From: Patescibacteria group bacterium
GTDB taxonomy: Bacteria; Patescibacteriota; Patescibacteriia; Magasanikbacterales; UBA922
Length of the DNA: 53,887 bases
NCBI GenBank assembly: GCA_035290345.1
Contig: DATDUP010000006.1
Location: 1 to 53,887, forward strand
Direction: 5' to 3'
Positions 51,778 to 53,887 of this stretch are shown piece by piece. The position numbers and the translations under genes are program-made. The notes below the pieces were generated by a model, which was not told the origin of the DNA, ran no database searches, and was given only the letters and a program-made list of their open reading frames with translations. Numbering within the stretch: the first letter of the stretch is position 1; each line of letters opens with the position of its first letter.

Positions 51778-52350
51778 CTATAATTTAATTTTTTGAACTT
51801 TTGAAAGTTCACCATCGCAAGCAACGCGGATTAAACACTTAGCTTTTAGTCCAGTTTCTTTTTCAATTCTCTCCAATCCCCCGTATCCGATTTTTTCTGC
51901 AACTGCAATGATACTCAAAATACGAATGTTCGCATTCCTTAATAGCTTAATCATCGCTATAAGTGTTCCACCTGTGTCAATTATGTCTTCAACTAAAATC
52001 ACCTTATCCCCCTTTTTTATGCCGTGCAAATACATTTTACCATGAGTATATGAATTTCTGAAATCTATACACAAAGCACCCCTTAGGCCAGGTGGATTCC
52101 ATTTAACAAGCGCGAGACATTTTTTCAGTTTGTATGCCATTAATGCGGCAATATAACCACCACGATCTTCCTCCCCTACTATTTTGTTTGCCTTATCAAA
52201 GTCCGTAGCCACGGACAACTCCTCGACAACGTCCTCCAATAGTTTATAATTAGTTTCCGGTTCATGATCAATCAACTTATTAATAATATACTTCCTGCCC
52301 TTTATGTTGATGACTGGTTGTCGGTCGAATGCTTTAATAATTTCTTTCAT
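51778..52350 (-). CDS. type I phosphoribosyltransferase (purine/adenine PRTase-like)
   Basis: PRPP loop KVILVEDIIDTGGTL. I prefer the internal start MKEIIKAFDR (ATG at 52350), which removes the overlap with the upstream gene. Confidence 0.7.
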   Translation of the reverse strand: MKEIIKAFDRQPVINIKGRKYIINKLIDHEPETNYKLLEDVVEELSVATDFDKANKIVGEEDRGGYIAALMAYKLKKCLALVKWNPPGLRGALCIDFRNSYTHGKMYLHGIKKGDKVILVEDIIDTGGTLIAMIKLLRNANIRILSIIAVAEKIGYGGLERIEKETGLKAKCLIRVACDGELSKVQKIKL

Positions 52351-52360
52351 TTTATGTTTG

Positions 52361-53629
52361 TTAATTTTTAATAGTTTGTAAAATTGTTTTGGAAACTGAT
52401 TTTGCACCCTTGAAGGATGGGATAAACTCGCTGATAGCAGATTTTTGTATGGTCATTAAATTTTTCTTTTTGTTGAAATCGTTTACTATCTTTCGGAATT
52501 TTTCTTTGTACTCTTTACGAAATTTTGCATCATCAAAATATTTACCTGTGAAATACCTTATCATAGCCATAGACTCGTCTACTTTTCTTATGTTTTTAAG
52601 ATTTGAACAACTTAGGGTAAATAGTAGATTTGGAAATACAGAATCTCTCTTGCGTTTTATTTTTTCAGTAATTATTAGATACTCATAAACATGTCCGTTA
52701 TGATTGTCGGGCAAAAATATAAGAGGTGTGTCTGAAGCCAGTGATTCAAATATAGTGGTAAATCCACATGGAACCAACACCACAATGGCCCTATTTATTT
52801 CTTTCAAAAACTGTTCATGGTTTAATGCAACAAGATTGAATAAATCCTTTTTATCAAACTCACTTTTTTTAATAATTTCAATTACGTTCGGGTGACCAGT
52901 TAAAACAAAGCGTTTGGCTGCGGGGAAATTTTTTATTTCCCCGGATATCAGATCAATAATCATTTTGGTATACCTGACTGCAGCACTCAAATTGGTTACA
53001 GGAGAAATTCCTCCGCTAAGCGACACCAGGACAGTATCCTTTTTACATTTCTTAGTAAAAGTTAAATCAATCATTGACCCAACATTCTCAACCCTATTTT
53101 TGGTTTCTCTTATAAATTGTGGCGTACCTTGAGTAAAAATTCTATTAGAAAAAAGATGCCCCAGTAGTTGTCTGTCATCTGGCATCATCCTGCAAATTAT
53201 TTTTATTCCTTGGTTTGAATCCAGACGTTTCAATGAGGCAAATTTTTTTAAAACCTGCTTTTTATTTTTCCATATCCAAAAACGACTCATGCTGTCAGCA
53301 TAAAAAACAGGAATATTGCTTTTCTTCCCCATGAACGCCAAAAATGGATCCATTACCGATATCACGGCATCATAATTTTTAAAGTCTATTTTTAGGTAAT
53401 CTTTGTTCGATTTTACACAAAAAACGTTGATAAAATATCCTGTCTTTTTGCAAAAATCAAAAGATGTGTCTGCGCCGACAAAATCCACCAATGCACCCCG
53501 TTTTTTTAGTTCATGTCCAATAGCAGACGCTTTTCCTGCTGGTCCATAAGCCCATGATTGAGCGCCAATCAGAATTTTAGTTTTTCTATATTTTTTATAC
53601 TGGGTCGGGATAGTTGAATTAGCGAACAT
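52361..53629 (-). CDS. GT-B fold glycosyltransferase-like protein (GT1/GT28-like, tentative)
   Basis: 422 aa. N-terminal KILIGAQSWAYGPAGKASAIGHELKKRG. C-terminal ...VVLVPCGFTTIFESLASDTPLIFLPDNHNGHVYEY resembles the nucleotide-sugar binding half of GT-B enzymes. Confidence 0.45.
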   Translation of the reverse strand: MFANSTIPTQYKKYRKTKILIGAQSWAYGPAGKASAIGHELKKRGALVDFVGADTSFDFCKKTGYFINVFCVKSNKDYLKIDFKNYDAVISVMDPFLAFMGKKSNIPVFYADSMSRFWIWKNKKQVLKKFASLKRLDSNQGIKIICRMMPDDRQLLGHLFSNRIFTQGTPQFIRETKNRVENVGSMIDLTFTKKCKKDTVLVSLSGGISPVTNLSAAVRYTKMIIDLISGEIKNFPAAKRFVLTGHPNVIEIIKKSEFDKKDLFNLVALNHEQFLKEINRAIVVLVPCGFTTIFESLASDTPLIFLPDNHNGHVYEYLIITEKIKRKRDSVFPNLLFTLSCSNLKNIRKVDESMAMIRYFTGKYFDDAKFRKEYKEKFRKIVNDFNKKKNLMTIQKSAISEFIPSFKGAKSVSKTILQTIKN

Positions 53630-53887
53630 ATCGGGTGGGGTAAGTAAAAAATAATGAAATTAAGATAAATCGTTTTCGTAGCGGAGCGGAGAGAACACCT
53701 TATCCCCTCTATAATTAAAGAAAAAGAAATTTGAAAATTTTTTAAAACAATTGGGCGATAGCCCAAAAAAGAAAAGGAATATTTCGGCTCACAGTGGATA
53801 GGCATATTCATTCGTATAATACGCTAAAATAGCGGAATATGTCCACTGATGAATAATAGGGGTGGTGTGTTGAGGTACCGGCGGGAA

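Noticed and set aside
53569-53811. 80-aa ORF upstream of and overlapping the GT-B-like gene start
   Set aside because: It overlaps the N-terminus of the 422-aa ORF, has a low-complexity AT-rich translation, and has no RBS or motif.
1-53887. Alternative genetic code (UGA recoding, as in some CPR lineages)
   Set aside because: Well-conserved genes terminate at the expected length on TGA, for example rpiB at 4905-4907 and dnaA at 40105-40107. All long conserved ORFs are intact under the standard bacterial code.

Overview
This 53.9-kb window reads as a chromosomal segment from a small-genome, CPR/Patescibacteria-like bacterium. That assignment is an inference from gene content. The standard code works, because long ORFs are intact and end in TGA, TAA or TAG. 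I support about 65 protein genes, 2 tRNAs, several consensus sigma70-type promoters and several intrinsic terminators. I see no rRNA, CRISPR array or transposase. Housekeeping backbone: rpsO / NYN-domain gene / pnp; rpiB-rpe-trxB; a RimK-type ATP-grasp ligase plus an amidohydrolase-like gene; a PfkB kinase; a DEDD exonuclease; a SpoU methyltransferase; a Xer-type recombinase; tRNA-Arg(TCT) and tRNA-His(GTG); an SPFH protein; tig; PBP1A; lysS. The replication-origin neighbourhood is present: rpmH-rnpA-yidD diverges from dnaA-dnaN, with DnaA-box-like sites and an AT-rich tract between dnaA and dnaN. The stand-out region is a single-strand surface-appendage block at about 18.5-33.3 kb. It holds 13 tandem paralogues of a VirB2/TrbC-like (T4SS-pilin-type) two-helix membrane hairpin. 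Nine of them carry even-numbered-cysteine ectodomains, placed C-terminal in five genes and N-terminal in four. A solute-binding lipoprotein and galU are embedded in the block. It is followed by three type IV pilus-like pseudopilin/PilX-like genes, one of them a 598-aa giant. No T4SS or T4P ATPase, channel or peptidase lies in the window. Other points worth a second look: a sharply GC-rich partial gene at the left edge (HGT or assembly chimera); a NYN RNase-like gene wedged into the rpsO-pnp pair, with a long-range stem in the pnp leader; a five-repeat CxxxxC surface protein next to rpmH; C-terminal tails on S15, L34 and PNPase; and an AT-richer right-end block with radical SAM/SPASM, methyltransferase, two GNATs, lysS, a PRTase and a GT-B enzyme. 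All calls come from reading the sequence and translations, and no database search was run.
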